Shown here one piece after another: positions 11,101-20,332 of a DNA stretch of 64,000 bases (positions are counted from its first letter, which is position 1; each line of letters opens with the position of its first letter). The DNA is from Methylobacter sp. (GTDB lineage: Bacteria > Pseudomonadota > Gammaproteobacteria > Methylococcales > Methylomonadaceae). Both the position numbers and the translations under genes were made by a program. The notes under the pieces are model-generated. The model did not search any database. It was not told the DNA's origin and worked only from the letters and a program-made list of their open reading frames with translations. The DNA is taken from the NCBI RefSeq assembly GCF_004322395.1, contig NZ_SCTW01000078.1:7790-71789 (forward strand), in the 5' to 3' direction.

Positions 11101-12496
11101 CATTCGCGAGCAGAACGGCCGGATCGCCCACCATATCTGCATCATGAGCGATCTCACGGATTATAAGGCGGCGGAGGAGCTTATCCAGTTTCTCAGCAAT
11201 TTCGATCCGTTGACCAAGCTGCCAAACCGCGCCCTGCTGCGCGACCGCACTGAACTGGCAATATCCAGCTCAGTGAGAACCGATAGCAGCCTTGCGCTGA
11301 TGTATATTGACCTTGATCGGTTCAACATCATCAACGACTCGCTAGGCTCCGAAAACGGCGATCTGCTGATCAAGGAATTATCGGTTCGTCTGACCGATCA
11401 GTTCCACCCTGACGACACCCTGTGCCGTCAGGGTGGTGACGAATTTATTCTGTTAATACCCAACACGGATGCGGAAGGAACCGCTCATGTGGCAAAAAAA
11501 ATACTCGAAATCATTGCCCAGCCTTTTGTCATCGGGGACCAGCGTGTCGCCCTGACTGCGAGTATCGGCATTGCCTTATTTCCACAGGATGGCGCCAACT
11601 TCGAACAGCTCATCCAGTCGGCAGATGCCGCCCTGTTCCGGGTCAAACAAAGCGGCCGCAACAATTTCCAATTTTTCACCCGGCAGTTGCATGAACAAGT
11701 CAAACTGATGCTGCAGATCGAAAATGAATTGCGGCTGGCTCTGGAGCAAGGCCAGCTGCTGTTACATTATCAGCCGCAAGTGGATGCGAAAACCTCGAAA
11801 ATCATAGGAGCCGAGGCGTTGATACGCTGGCAGCATCCGCAGAAAGGCATAATGTCGCCTGCGCAGTTTATTCCAATTGCGGAAGAAAGCGGCCTAATTA
11901 TCGATGTAGGCGACTGGGTGTTGAAAACCGCCATTATCCAGCTTACAGATTGGCAGGCTGCCGGGCTTACTATCGTGCCGGTTGCAGTCAATTTATCGGT
12001 CGTGCAGTTCCGTCAGGACACACTTTACGGTAAAGTTGCGCAATTGCTGCGTGAATCCAAGCTTGACCCGGCTATGCTTGAACTGGAAATGACCGAAGGC
12101 ATCGCAATGGAAAATTCAGAGAAAACAATCAGCCTGCTGGATAAACTGCATGCATTAGGCGTCTCGCTCTCGGTAGACGATTTCGGCACCGGCTATTCAT
12201 CGCTGAGCTACCTGAAACGCTTCAAAATCGACAAACTAAAAATCGACCAGTCCTTTGTACACAGCCTGGGCCATGCTCCCGAAGATGAGGCTATCGTGCT
12301 CGCAATCATTAGCCTGGCTAAAAGCCTGGGCTTCAAAACCATCGCGGAAGGCGTGGAAACGCGGGAGCAGCTCGAATACCTGCTTGAGAAACAATGCGAT
12401 GAAATTCAGGGCTATTATTTCAGTAAACCGGTGCCGGCAGATGTGTTTGCGGACATGTTGCGCAATGGCGGGGAGTGGGCTGAAAAACATCGATAA
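8111..12496 (+). CDS. CHASE-PAS-GAF-multi-PAS diguanylate cyclase/phosphodiesterase
   Basis: TM-CHASE (RYAPIVFMEP, GFDIL)-TM; GAF; PAS repeats; intact GGDEF (RQGGDEF) with no RxxD I-site; EAL (AEALIRW) and DDFGTGYSS. Confidence 0.92.
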   Translation: MIFPVKKFFTGLADSLLRPWLISALIIFGGFGITAGLWRDAQQMMTGGLQAEFDVAADQIAHNFLKRIIAYEVVMRGVKGYFEGSKFITRDEFRTYVQDLQIQEKTPGVQGIGLVLIVNKDDKTRHESAIHKQDFPDYRIKPEGNRDRYAPIVFMEPSEDNAKALGFDILTVPEIRIALERSAETGEVAVTSHITLIQDSGKPDLLGFVMYLPIYRDGVKPDKQADLSTAIIGWVDVPFRINDLMAGLRGEFDPDLLLEIHDGEPKSGQTRLYRSDGKLDQDILTSGNPQTRRQVNVGDHQWTLLMSTTPAFEARMSSKNQPVQVAVTGVAITLLLSALIWFQTSRRNRAHAYFRQLFDLDGDGVLILTPNFNIVKANPAALNMLGYTSNELLELHLPDILAKKEHQRLEPAINRLMAGSLHREEWLPVRKDGSEFLVEVRAHKMDDKCFIAVFRDLTEQKKAEQRIQRLTQLYQALSETNQAIVRMEKDTDLFSLVCQYAVQYGGMTMAWIGQLEESGSSIVPVSAYGAGLEYLDDLTISSNDDVLEGCGPTGTALRENRAVIINDYLAAPSSRPWHALAKQFGWDSAAAFPIQRNDKPFAVLNVYHTEADAFDTEAICLLTEMAGDVSFALDNWDREVRRLAAEKALAENEARMALILGNVGAFIYLKDSEGRYLFANRQVLDLWGAMPEEVIGFGDDKFFDEQTVAHIRETDRRVLADGETVRNEETNTVSKTGKAATYWTVKLPLHRPDGGIYALCGISTDITERKQAEIALREGEERYRLLFTANPVPMWVYDLNTLAFIAVNNAAITHYGYTREEFLDMTIAELWPMADVPDLQAKTQQSSGNIGIYRQAGMYRHRKKNGSLIWVEISEHTLNFEGLDAQIVLAFDVSSRIASEQQLRLNAQVFECSREGILITDADNKIVAVNSAYCEMTGYKAEEVIGKNPSLISSGKHNKTFYDAMWRDILNNGHWQGEVTNCRKNGDFYTQWLAISTIREQNGRIAHHICIMSDLTDYKAAEELIQFLSNFDPLTKLPNRALLRDRTELAISSSVRTDSSLALMYIDLDRFNIINDSLGSENGDLLIKELSVRLTDQFHPDDTLCRQGGDEFILLIPNTDAEGTAHVAKKILEIIAQPFVIGDQRVALTASIGIALFPQDGANFEQLIQSADAALFRVKQSGRNNFQFFTRQLHEQVKLMLQIENELRLALEQGQLLLHYQPQVDAKTSKIIGAEALIRWQHPQKGIMSPAQFIPIAEESGLIIDVGDWVLKTAIIQLTDWQAAGLTIVPVAVNLSVVQFRQDTLYGKVAQLLRESKLDPAMLELEMTEGIAMENSEKTISLLDKLHALGVSLSVDDFGTGYSSLSYLKRFKIDKLKIDQSFVHSLGHAPEDEAIVLAIISLAKSLGFKTIAEGVETREQLEYLLEKQCDEIQGYYFSKPVPADVFADMLRNGGEWAEKHR

Positions 12497-12568
12497 ACAT
12501 TGCCTGACAAGCGTCATTTACGTCGTTAGGGGATTTAATGATAACGTAAGGCTGTTAAAAACAGAGTA

Positions 12569-12594
12569 AAAACGGCGCCTTAAGGCGCCGTTTT
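12569..12594. terminator. Bidirectional intrinsic terminator between convergent genes
   Basis: Perfect 26-bp palindrome AAAACGGCGCCTTAAGGCGCCGTTTT. Confidence 0.85.
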
Positions 12595-12613
12595 ATTGAG
12601 CTGAATAATTGAA

Positions 12614-13942
12614 TTATTTACGATTAGTGATTGCCATGGTTTTGTCATTACCTGTGCTAGAATGCTGGACGTTCACGAACAGTGTGTGAGGGTCTTTACC
12701 GAAGTAAATGCCGGTGCCTTCCGCCGGTTTGTCTTTCAAAGAAGCGAACAAATGTACGCCGTCTTGATAGCCGTTGTTGTCAGCGTCTTCAGAAGCTGGA
12801 TCGAACACCCAAATATCGCTGAAGTCGTTGTCTTCCACCATCCACAACTTGCCGTCAGGACCGCTGGCCAGATTGTCCACTTTCGCGAAGCCGGTCACAC
12901 CGGTTGACTGGTTTTCAATCGGTGCATTCTTGCCGGCAGCAACGACATATTTGGCAGAAGGCTGTTCGCCCAAATTAACGGCCAGAACCGCGCTACGGCC
13001 ATTGGTGGCTGTTGGGCTGTCAACGTTTTCGCAAGTCAACGCAACATACAAGGTCGAAGCGATTTTTTCCAAGTCTTCCGGACGGCAGAATTTAGTAGCG
13101 CCAACGTTAGCCGCCGCTACACGCGCACTGATTTGTGCTTGCGCCATATCCAGGGCAACCCATTGAGCCGGACCTTGTTTATTGGCCGCATCGACTTTCA
13201 ATGCGTAGAGTTGACCGTCGCTCAAATCGCCATAGTTAGTCGGTACGAACTTGTAGATCGAGCCGGATGTGTGTTCGTCGATAACATAGACGTTGCCTTC
13301 GTCATCGATTTCCAAACCTTCATGCGACAGAGCGCCCAGTTTAGGCAACACGGCTACGCTTTCCATGGCGGTCGGATCGCCGGCTTTCAGTTTCAGTTCA
13401 TAGACCAGGCCGCTCTTAGCTTGTGGAGCTTCAGGGTCAGGACGCAGAGAATCGATAACTTCTTCTGCAAACAGCACAGTATGCCATGGTGTCCAGACTA
13501 GGCCGTCGAGCGCTTCCCAATCCTCACGTCCGACCACTTCCTTGGCTTCCCCGGTTTGCAGGTCAACAACGGAAACCGCGCCGCCGCTGTTACCATCAAC
13601 ACGTAGAGAATTGCCATCGTTGCCGATAGCGCCGCCGCGAACCTCGTGGGTGCGGTACAGATAACGGCCAGCGTGTTTTTGAGTTTCGTTTACTGTATTC
13701 ATGTCGTGCCAGTCAGTGCCGACATAGATGTTCAGGTCGCTTTCGTCAGAAACAATCGATTGGCTATAGCCTTCAGGGATGACCCAAGGTGTAGTGTTAA
13801 GATCGGCAGCGTTTTGCTGGCCGTAGGCGGAACCGGAAATAGGATCAAACGCCATAGGCCCTTGAACTTCCGAATCAGCAATTGCAAGCGAAGGAATAAT
13901 CGCGCTAATAGCAAGCGCTAATAGTGTTTTCGTAACTTTCAT
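12614..13942 (-). CDS. PhoX/DUF839-family alkaline phosphatase-like protein, Sec signal peptide
   Basis: Motifs THE, TPWHTVLFAEE, SHEG, RPED, VDN, VED and AEGTG in PhoX order; upstream Pho-box-like array. Confidence 0.75.
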   Translation of the reverse strand: MKVTKTLLALAISAIIPSLAIADSEVQGPMAFDPISGSAYGQQNAADLNTTPWVIPEGYSQSIVSDESDLNIYVGTDWHDMNTVNETQKHAGRYLYRTHEVRGGAIGNDGNSLRVDGNSGGAVSVVDLQTGEAKEVVGREDWEALDGLVWTPWHTVLFAEEVIDSLRPDPEAPQAKSGLVYELKLKAGDPTAMESVAVLPKLGALSHEGLEIDDEGNVYVIDEHTSGSIYKFVPTNYGDLSDGQLYALKVDAANKQGPAQWVALDMAQAQISARVAAANVGATKFCRPEDLEKIASTLYVALTCENVDSPTATNGRSAVLAVNLGEQPSAKYVVAAGKNAPIENQSTGVTGFAKVDNLASGPDGKLWMVEDNDFSDIWVFDPASEDADNNGYQDGVHLFASLKDKPAEGTGIYFGKDPHTLFVNVQHSSTGNDKTMAITNRK

Positions 13943-13989
13943 TATGTACTCCGATTAGTATAGGGTTGTTTGGCTGACAGCCAACGCCA

Positions 13990-14056
13990 ATAGTAACTAG
14001 CTCATGTGACAAAGCAGAGTAGGTATCGTTACAAGTTAGTTAAGTTAGTGTTACAA
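13990..14056 (-). promoter_or_regulatory. Pho-box-like array and -10 hexamer for the phoX-like gene
   Basis: Minus-strand half-sites TTGTAAC (14056-14050), TTGTAAC (14034-14028) and TTGTCAC (14012-14006) at exact 22-bp spacing, with ACTTAAC in the 11-bp register. TACTAT (13995-13990) lies exactly 10 bp after the last half-site. Confidence 0.7.
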
Positions 14057-14304
14057 AATTAATGCATCGTTTCTTTGAAAGAAGCGCATTGAATGTTCAA
14101 GCGATAATTCTGTAATGCACCCGGCTGCTTACCAGCAAAACTACCGGGATGCCCTTAACACTAGCGTGATTACCCGCTACTCAAGCTTGTCGGCAAGTTA
14201 AATCAAGGATCTGTAGAAGGATGAGGGCTTTTAATACTAATAATGGAGAGTGGTCGTTAAGGAATGCGCATGAAATAACTTGAGCTAGTTTTATTTTTTT
14301 AACT

Positions 14305-14361
14305 ATGAAGAGCATGAAGGGCATGAAGGATTTAACTCTTCATGCCCTTCATGCTCTTCAT
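14305..14361. repeat. Perfect 24-bp inverted repeat built of 9-bp CATGAAG units; probable terminator of the exporter operon
   Basis: ATGAAGAGCATGAAGGGCATGAAG-N9-CTTCATGCCCTTCATGCTCTTCAT, 36 bp after the TolC-like stop. Confidence 0.85.
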
Positions 14362-14397
14362 GGTAATTGCTTAAATTAATTTATGTGTATTCCTAAG

Positions 14398-15858
14398 TTA
14401 TTTTTTAACCTCAACTACGATAGCTTCGGTTTTCCAGCCGCCGCCTAGCGCTTTATATAAAACGACTAAATTATTAGAGAGTGCGCCTTCACTGCTAACC
14501 AGATTGCTCTGGGCTTGATAAAGCGCCGCTTGGCTTATCAGCACATCGAGAAACGAAGTCAGGCCCTTCTGATAGCGCTCGTTGGCTAATTGAATTGCCA
14601 GCCGGTTTGCTGTAACGGCTTTTGTCAGGGCTTTGTGCCGTTCCTGTTCTTTGCTATAAGCAATCAGTGCATCTTCCACTTCCTTAAAAGCCGATAAAAC
14701 CGTGGACTGATAAGTCAGAAAGGTTTGCTCAAATTGCGCTTTTTTGCTTTCGATATTGGCATTCAGTTTTCCCCAGTTGAAAATCGGCATGGTTAATGAC
14801 GATGCTGCCGACCATGATTTTCCGATTGGAGTAAAGTCGGTGATAGTCGTGTTTTGTAAGCCGATGAATGCGGCCAGATTGATTTTCGGGTAAAGCTCGG
14901 CGGTCGCAACGCCGACGGATGCGTTGGCGACGGCCAGTTGCCGTTCGGCGCGGCGTATATCCGGTCTGCGCTGCAACAACTCGGACGGGAGGTTGGTTAT
15001 CGCCTTATCGGCAATGATTGGGATAATACCTTGTTGTTCAAGAAGACCAGCTAGCGCACCGGGCTCTTTACCGAGCAATACGCTCAGTGCATGTATCGAT
15101 TGCTTAACTAATGTTTCATAGTTCGGCAATTGCGCTTCTGTCGTAGCAGTCTGGGCCTCTGCCTGGGCTACTTCCAGCATGCTTGTAAGTCCTGTTTGTT
15201 GCCGGATTTGCGTCAGCTCCTGGGTTTCCTGTTGTGCCTGCAAATTTTCACGGGTTATTGCGATCAAGCGTTGATTGGTGCGCAGCTCAATGTAGTTGCG
15301 GGCGACGTCCCCTAGTAGAGTCACCAGCACATCCCGGCTGTTTTCCACTTCGACATCAATTGTCGCATCGGCGACTTCTACCGCACGCCTGACGCCTCCA
15401 AAAAAATCCAGCTCCCATTGTGCATCAAAGCCCATTTGGAAAATGTTGATGAACTGATTGCCGATACCAAAACCGCCGCCTACAGCAGATGTGCCGCCGG
15501 TTTGCGAGGCCGGCGAGGATGTATTGTTAAAACGCCTGCTGACGTTGCTTCTGGCATCCAGGCTGGGCAAACCTGCGGCAATGGTTGCGGAGCGCAGGGC
15601 GCGGGCATCTTTAACCCGTTCCAATGTGAGCTTTAAATCCAGGTTGGAGGCGATCGCGTCGCTGATCAGCTTGTCGAGCACCGGATCATTAAAGGCCTTC
15701 CACCATTGGTCCAGTTGTTCTGCATGGGGCCCTGTAGCCGCAGTTGTTTCGGTCCATTGACGGGGAACAGGTATTTGGGGCGGTTCATAGTCGGGGCCGA
15801 CAGCAGGGCAGCCGGATAACAGCAATGCGGCAAAAAGCGCAAGCGGGCGTCTGATCAT
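14398..15858 (-). CDS. NodT/OprM-type outer membrane efflux lipoprotein
   Basis: Lipobox LLSGC, AVGPDY, WELDFFGG, RRPDIRRAE, LYKALGGGW. Confidence 0.92.
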   Translation of the reverse strand: MIRRPLALFAALLLSGCPAVGPDYEPPQIPVPRQWTETTAATGPHAEQLDQWWKAFNDPVLDKLISDAIASNLDLKLTLERVKDARALRSATIAAGLPSLDARSNVSRRFNNTSSPASQTGGTSAVGGGFGIGNQFINIFQMGFDAQWELDFFGGVRRAVEVADATIDVEVENSRDVLVTLLGDVARNYIELRTNQRLIAITRENLQAQQETQELTQIRQQTGLTSMLEVAQAEAQTATTEAQLPNYETLVKQSIHALSVLLGKEPGALAGLLEQQGIIPIIADKAITNLPSELLQRRPDIRRAERQLAVANASVGVATAELYPKINLAAFIGLQNTTITDFTPIGKSWSAASSLTMPIFNWGKLNANIESKKAQFEQTFLTYQSTVLSAFKEVEDALIAYSKEQERHKALTKAVTANRLAIQLANERYQKGLTSFLDVLISQAALYQAQSNLVSSEGALSNNLVVLYKALGGGWKTEAIVVEVKK

Positions 15859-16814
15859 AACGGCGAACCGCCTTCACTTGCATAATCCTTGGCTTCAATG
15901 AAAACGTCCATTTGCTGGCCCACATAGACGGGCAGCTGATTCCGGTCAAAACTGTACAGCGCTTGCAATACGCGGGTATCAACCTGTTCGGTGCTGTCGC
16001 CGGTCAACGATTTTTTGGGCACCACATAGGGTTCCACATAAGCAGGAACCAGATCGGTTTTGAAGTTTCGATTGCCGCGCAGATAAGCAACGGCCTTGCT
16101 GTTTTTGTCGAACCGCCAGGCATCATTCTCGTCGATGTCTACCCGTACATGCAGCTGATCCATATTACCCAGCACCAGCAGCGGCGTGTTCAGTGCTCCG
16201 GCCTGGGCGAACTCGCCCGGACGGATATTGACTTGCAATACTTCGCCATTTACCGAAGCCTGAACGGTGAGTCTGTCCAGTGTGGTTTGCGTAGTTACCA
16301 GCGCAGCTTCGGCTTGTTGCACCAGAGCTTCAGCGCTGTCCAGTTTGGCTGTATTGATAAGCAGGGCATTACGGCGTTTAAGAAGCTCCTCGGAACTGAT
16401 GGCGCGGCGGTCGGTTACTGCTTCGGCCAAATCACTCAGCGATTTGGCATCTTTGACCGATGCTTTGGCTTCGTTAACGCCTGCCCGGGCTTTTGCAAGA
16501 TCGGCAAGTTTAACGGCCAGTTCGGCACGGGTATCGCGGTCGTCCAGGTAAAACAGCGGCGTACCGGCCTTGACTTTATCGCCGACTTTGACGGCTACGG
16601 TCTTCACGATGCCGGACAACGGTGTACCGATGGCAATGTTCTGGCTTTTTGCCTCGACAATACCCGCTCCGGCAATAAACGATTTAAACGGCGCGGAGGC
16701 GGGCGGCGCAACAGCGGGAGCAACCGGTACCGGTTTATTGCTGCTGATGACCGTATAGGCCGCAAAAAGGAAGCCGACAGCCGCTAGTATCGGTAATGTG
16801 TATTTAATTTGCAT
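15855..16814 (-). CDS. Periplasmic adaptor (HlyD/membrane fusion family)
   Basis: N-terminal TM, lipoyl-like half motifs (VKVGDKVKAG; VNIRPGE), helical hairpin; 4-bp overlap with the TolC-like gene. Confidence 0.88.
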   Translation of the reverse strand: MQIKYTLPILAAVGFLFAAYTVISSNKPVPVAPAVAPPASAPFKSFIAGAGIVEAKSQNIAIGTPLSGIVKTVAVKVGDKVKAGTPLFYLDDRDTRAELAVKLADLAKARAGVNEAKASVKDAKSLSDLAEAVTDRRAISSEELLKRRNALLINTAKLDSAEALVQQAEAALVTTQTTLDRLTVQASVNGEVLQVNIRPGEFAQAGALNTPLLVLGNMDQLHVRVDIDENDAWRFDKNSKAVAYLRGNRNFKTDLVPAYVEPYVVPKKSLTGDSTEQVDTRVLQALYSFDRNQLPVYVGQQMDVFIEAKDYASEGGSPL

Positions 16815-16931
16815 ACCACCTTCTGTAGATAGTTTTAAATCAAGACATGGTTTTTATAAAGACCGATTCGATTACGTTATCGTCAAATATTGAAAATAAC
16901 GTAAGCTGCATTTTATTTAGAAAGTAATCAG

Positions 16932-16979
16932 CTGGAGTGCAAGCTTTGCTTGCGTTTGCAGGCGAAGCCTGCACTCCAG
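16932..16979. repeat. REP-like hairpin inside exporter operon
   Basis: CTGGAGTGCAAGCTTTGCTTGC-N4-GCAGGCGAAGCCTGCACTCCAG: 22-bp arms with 3 differences. Confidence 0.7.
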
Positions 16980-17047
16980 ATAATCTGACATGGTTCAACT
17001 TAACGGCAATGCTCGTAGTAGTGATGTAATCCCTATTTTTGCACCTT

Positions 17048-17746
17048 TCATCTTTCATCTTTCACCTCAATAATATGCCCGTCATCCATTTCGGCAATGC
17101 GGTCGGCGAACTCAAAAATCCTCGCGTCATGGGTAACGATGACCAGCGTCCGGTCTTTGTGCAAAGCTACGTCCTTGAGCAAGGCCATCACGTTACGTCC
17201 TGTTTCATGATCCAGCGAACTGGTGGGTTCGTCGCAAACAATCAGTTTCGGGTTATGAACCAACGCCCGGGCAATGGCCACACGTTGCTGTTGTCCGCCG
17301 GAAAGTTCCGAAGATAAAGCGTTCACCCGGCCGCCCAAGCCTACTTGCTCCAGCACAGCGGCGGCTTTGCGCTCGGCCTCGGCGCGTTTCACACCATTGA
17401 TTAGAAGCGGTACCGACACATTTTCTGCCGCACTAAGCGAAGGCAACAGGTTAAAGGCCTGAAAAACAAAACCGATGTTACGCGCTCTGAAATCCAGTTT
17501 GCTCCGGCTGCTCATGTTCAGTAAATCTTCGCCGAACACTTCGCAATAGCCGCTGTCCTGATCGAGGATGCCGGCAATGACTGAAATCAGGGTGGTTTTG
17601 CCGCAGCCGGAGGGACCTACCAGCATCATCAGCTCACCCCTTGCAATATCCAGGTTAACTCCGTTGAGTGCGGTTACTTTTTGCTCGCCGGTAGCGTAAA
17701 TCTTGACCACATTCTGACAGCGCACTGCCAATGATGACGGATCCAT
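17048..17746 (-). CDS. ABC transporter ATP-binding protein (LolD/MacB/DevA-like)
   Basis: Walker A GPSGCGKT, signature LSGGQQQR, Walker B IVCDEPT, VTHD. Confidence 0.93.
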   Translation of the reverse strand: MDPSSLAVRCQNVVKIYATGEQKVTALNGVNLDIARGELMMLVGPSGCGKTTLISVIAGILDQDSGYCEVFGEDLLNMSSRSKLDFRARNIGFVFQAFNLLPSLSAAENVSVPLLINGVKRAEAERKAAAVLEQVGLGGRVNALSSELSGGQQQRVAIARALVHNPKLIVCDEPTSSLDHETGRNVMALLKDVALHKDRTLVIVTHDARIFEFADRIAEMDDGHIIEVKDER

Positions 17747-17749
17747 GTT

Positions 17750-18910
17750 TTAGCCTTTAAACACGATAGCAGGTTCCAGGCGGATCACTTTAATGATGCT
17801 GATCAGCGCAGCAAAAATACAAATCAGGCCGACTCCGCCGCCGCTGAATAATAATAGCTGCCAGGGAAACTTGAATGCCAATATCGAATGGCGCATCGAA
17901 TAGCCGAACAATGCAGTCAAGCCCACGCCTAAACCGTAACCGATGGTACCCACTAATACCGCCTGTAGCAAAATCATCCGCAGCAATATCCAGTTGCTGG
18001 TGCCCATCGCTTTCAACACGCCGAATTGACGCAGATTCTCCAGCGTGCTGTTGTAGAAAGTCTGCCCTGCAATGGCTGCGCCGACTATAAATCCCAACAA
18101 CACCGAAATGCCGAAATTAATCGGAATGCCGGTGTTGTGCATGAAATATTCGTACGTGAGGGACATAAACTCTTCCCGCGTATAAGCAGCTAAACCGGTA
18201 GTTGCGCGGATACGGCGGGTCAATTCGGCGAGGTCCTGCCCTTGCTTGGCTTTAACCAAAACAAAAGACAACAGCTTCCGCTCCCTCGGTGCGTAGCTTT
18301 TGGCACGGGAATAAGTGGTATAGACCACGGGCTGGGACTGAAAAGTGCGGGTAACTTTGGCGATGCCCACAACGATGGCGCGGTGATCGTTTAACTCCAG
18401 ACTGTCACCGACTTTAAGCGGGATAGGTTTGCCGCCGGGCGCCGGCGAAGGCTTGCCCAGTTTGTCCCTGGCGCCGTCTATATCGACGATAACACTGTCG
18501 CTTCGACGCAAATCTTCAACCGTTCCTTCGAGCATGACCGGCGGGCCGCCGATTAAGGTGGCGTCGTCTAAGCCGATGACATTGCAGGTCTGGAACGTGC
18601 CGTCCATCAGCCGGGCTTTTAAGAGCCCCTTGTACATCGGCATGGCCCACTCCACACCGGAAATGCCGCGCACCCGGTAAAGCTCGGTGTCCTGCAAAGG
18701 CTTAATGTCATCGACGAACTGCACTTTCGAGTCCATTACCCATATGTCCGGTAAGCCCACATCCGATATAAAACTGTAAGAACGCGCCATCAGCCCCAAA
18801 AAAATAGCCGGTTGCTGAGTCATGATCAACGAGGCAAACGTCAGCCCCATGACAATACCGAGGTATTTGCCTCTATCTCCCATCAGCATTTTTATGGCGA
18901 TGTGGTTCAT
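17750..18910 (-). CDS. ABC transporter permease (FtsX/MacB/DevC-like)
   Basis: MNHIAIKMLMGDRGKY start (ATG at 18910 preferred over 18961), periplasmic domain, FGVLKAMG motif, C-terminal TMs. Confidence 0.88.
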   Translation of the reverse strand: MNHIAIKMLMGDRGKYLGIVMGLTFASLIMTQQPAIFLGLMARSYSFISDVGLPDIWVMDSKVQFVDDIKPLQDTELYRVRGISGVEWAMPMYKGLLKARLMDGTFQTCNVIGLDDATLIGGPPVMLEGTVEDLRRSDSVIVDIDGARDKLGKPSPAPGGKPIPLKVGDSLELNDHRAIVVGIAKVTRTFQSQPVVYTTYSRAKSYAPRERKLLSFVLVKAKQGQDLAELTRRIRATTGLAAYTREEFMSLTYEYFMHNTGIPINFGISVLLGFIVGAAIAGQTFYNSTLENLRQFGVLKAMGTSNWILLRMILLQAVLVGTIGYGLGVGLTALFGYSMRHSILAFKFPWQLLLFSGGGVGLICIFAALISIIKVIRLEPAIVFKG

Positions 18911-19185
18911 GATGTTGAGCTCTTCGTGGCTGGATTTAGAAAATTCTATCACGCAATGCAAATTGACAACGTATAGCCGTATTCATAGAATACAAGCCAT
19001 GAACCACATGAACTTATCCCTGAAAATCAGCGCACGATGGCTGCGAAAGATTATTTGCTTTCACCGCAGTGCTGTTTTTTTGGTTCATTAATTCCATTTT
19101 AGCAAAGCAACTGCGGGTCTTGTCCCCGTTGCTTTGGTAGTCTTTCCGGCAAGATTCGCAGTTTTTCCATCTTAAGAAGAAGCTT

Positions 19186-20124
19186 GTGCATCAACCCGAA
19201 TCCGTTATACCGCAAAACAATCGTCAGGCTATTTTCGGTTACCTGTTTGTGTTACTCGGCGCATTTGGCTTTTCAGCCAAAGCGGTACTGGTCAAATTGG
19301 CTTACAGTTACAGTCATCAACTGGATGCGATCACCTTGATGGTGCTGCGCATGGCGATTTCGTTGCCGTTTTTCCTGGCAGTTGCGTTATGGTCGGCTAA
19401 CGGTTCGGCAAAAGCAAACGATGCGCAGCGCTTAAACAGGCAAGACTGGCTGATGATTTTCGGCTTAGGCCTGTTGGGTTATTACATAGCCAGCTTCCTT
19501 GACTTTACAGGGCTGCAATATATTTCGGCAGGCCTTGAGCGCTTGATAATCTTCCTCTACCCGACTTTTGTCGTTTTGTTTACGGCGGCAGGGCAACGCA
19601 AAGCCATCAATCGTCATCAGGCGCTTGCGTTAGTTTTAAGTTATGCCGGGATGGTGTTGGTGTTTGTCGACAACGCAGCCGCAATGGCATCGTCGGGCCT
19701 GTTGTTAGGTTCGGCATTGGTTTTGGCTAGCGCGATCGCGTTTGCTTTCTTCTTAATGGGCAGCGGCATGATGGTCAAGCGGATAGGTTCGACGCGATTT
19801 ACCGCCTATTCGATGACGGTAGCCTGTCTGGCAACCTGTCTGCATTTCGTGATTCAGCATGGCGTTGAATTCTTGAATTTGCCGGACAAGGTTTATTTGG
19901 TGGCGCTGATCATGGCGGTTTTTTCGACCGTGCTCCCGGCATTTTTTATGAATGCAGGGATCAGGCGCATCGGCGCCGGTTCGGCATCTATTATTAGTTC
20001 TATAGGGCCGATAGGTACGTTGGTACTGGCTTTTTTATTGTTAGGCGAGACGTTGACATTGGCACAACTTGGCGGGACTGTTCTGGTGTTGATCGGCGTT
20101 TATGTGATCAGCCGGGCTAAGTAA
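19186..20124 (+). CDS. DMT/EamA family transporter
   Basis: Ten hydrophobic segments in two repeats; GLQYISAGLERLIIFLYP and LGETLT motifs. Confidence 0.88.
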   Translation: MHQPESVIPQNNRQAIFGYLFVLLGAFGFSAKAVLVKLAYSYSHQLDAITLMVLRMAISLPFFLAVALWSANGSAKANDAQRLNRQDWLMIFGLGLLGYYIASFLDFTGLQYISAGLERLIIFLYPTFVVLFTAAGQRKAINRHQALALVLSYAGMVLVFVDNAAAMASSGLLLGSALVLASAIAFAFFLMGSGMMVKRIGSTRFTAYSMTVACLATCLHFVIQHGVEFLNLPDKVYLVALIMAVFSTVLPAFFMNAGIRRIGAGSASIISSIGPIGTLVLAFLLLGETLTLAQLGGTVLVLIGVYVISRAK

Positions 20125-20332
20125 CTGATTCAAAAAAAGCAAAAACAGTGAAGTTATATATGCCTTTTTTTAACAAACCAATGTGAGCCCTGGGAATAGC
20201 TGGCATATTGCAGAAAATGTTTATAGAAAACCCCGGCTATAAAATAACTTCATCCTGTATCATGTAAGGCTATTATTTATGGGCTCTACTACAGGTGCCC
20301 TCGATGAGGCTATATGATAGAATCAAATAGTT

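Noticed and set aside
16840-17058. 72-aa ORF in the exporter gap
   Set aside because: It starts in the heptamer repeat and runs through the REP-like hairpin, so it is probably spurious.
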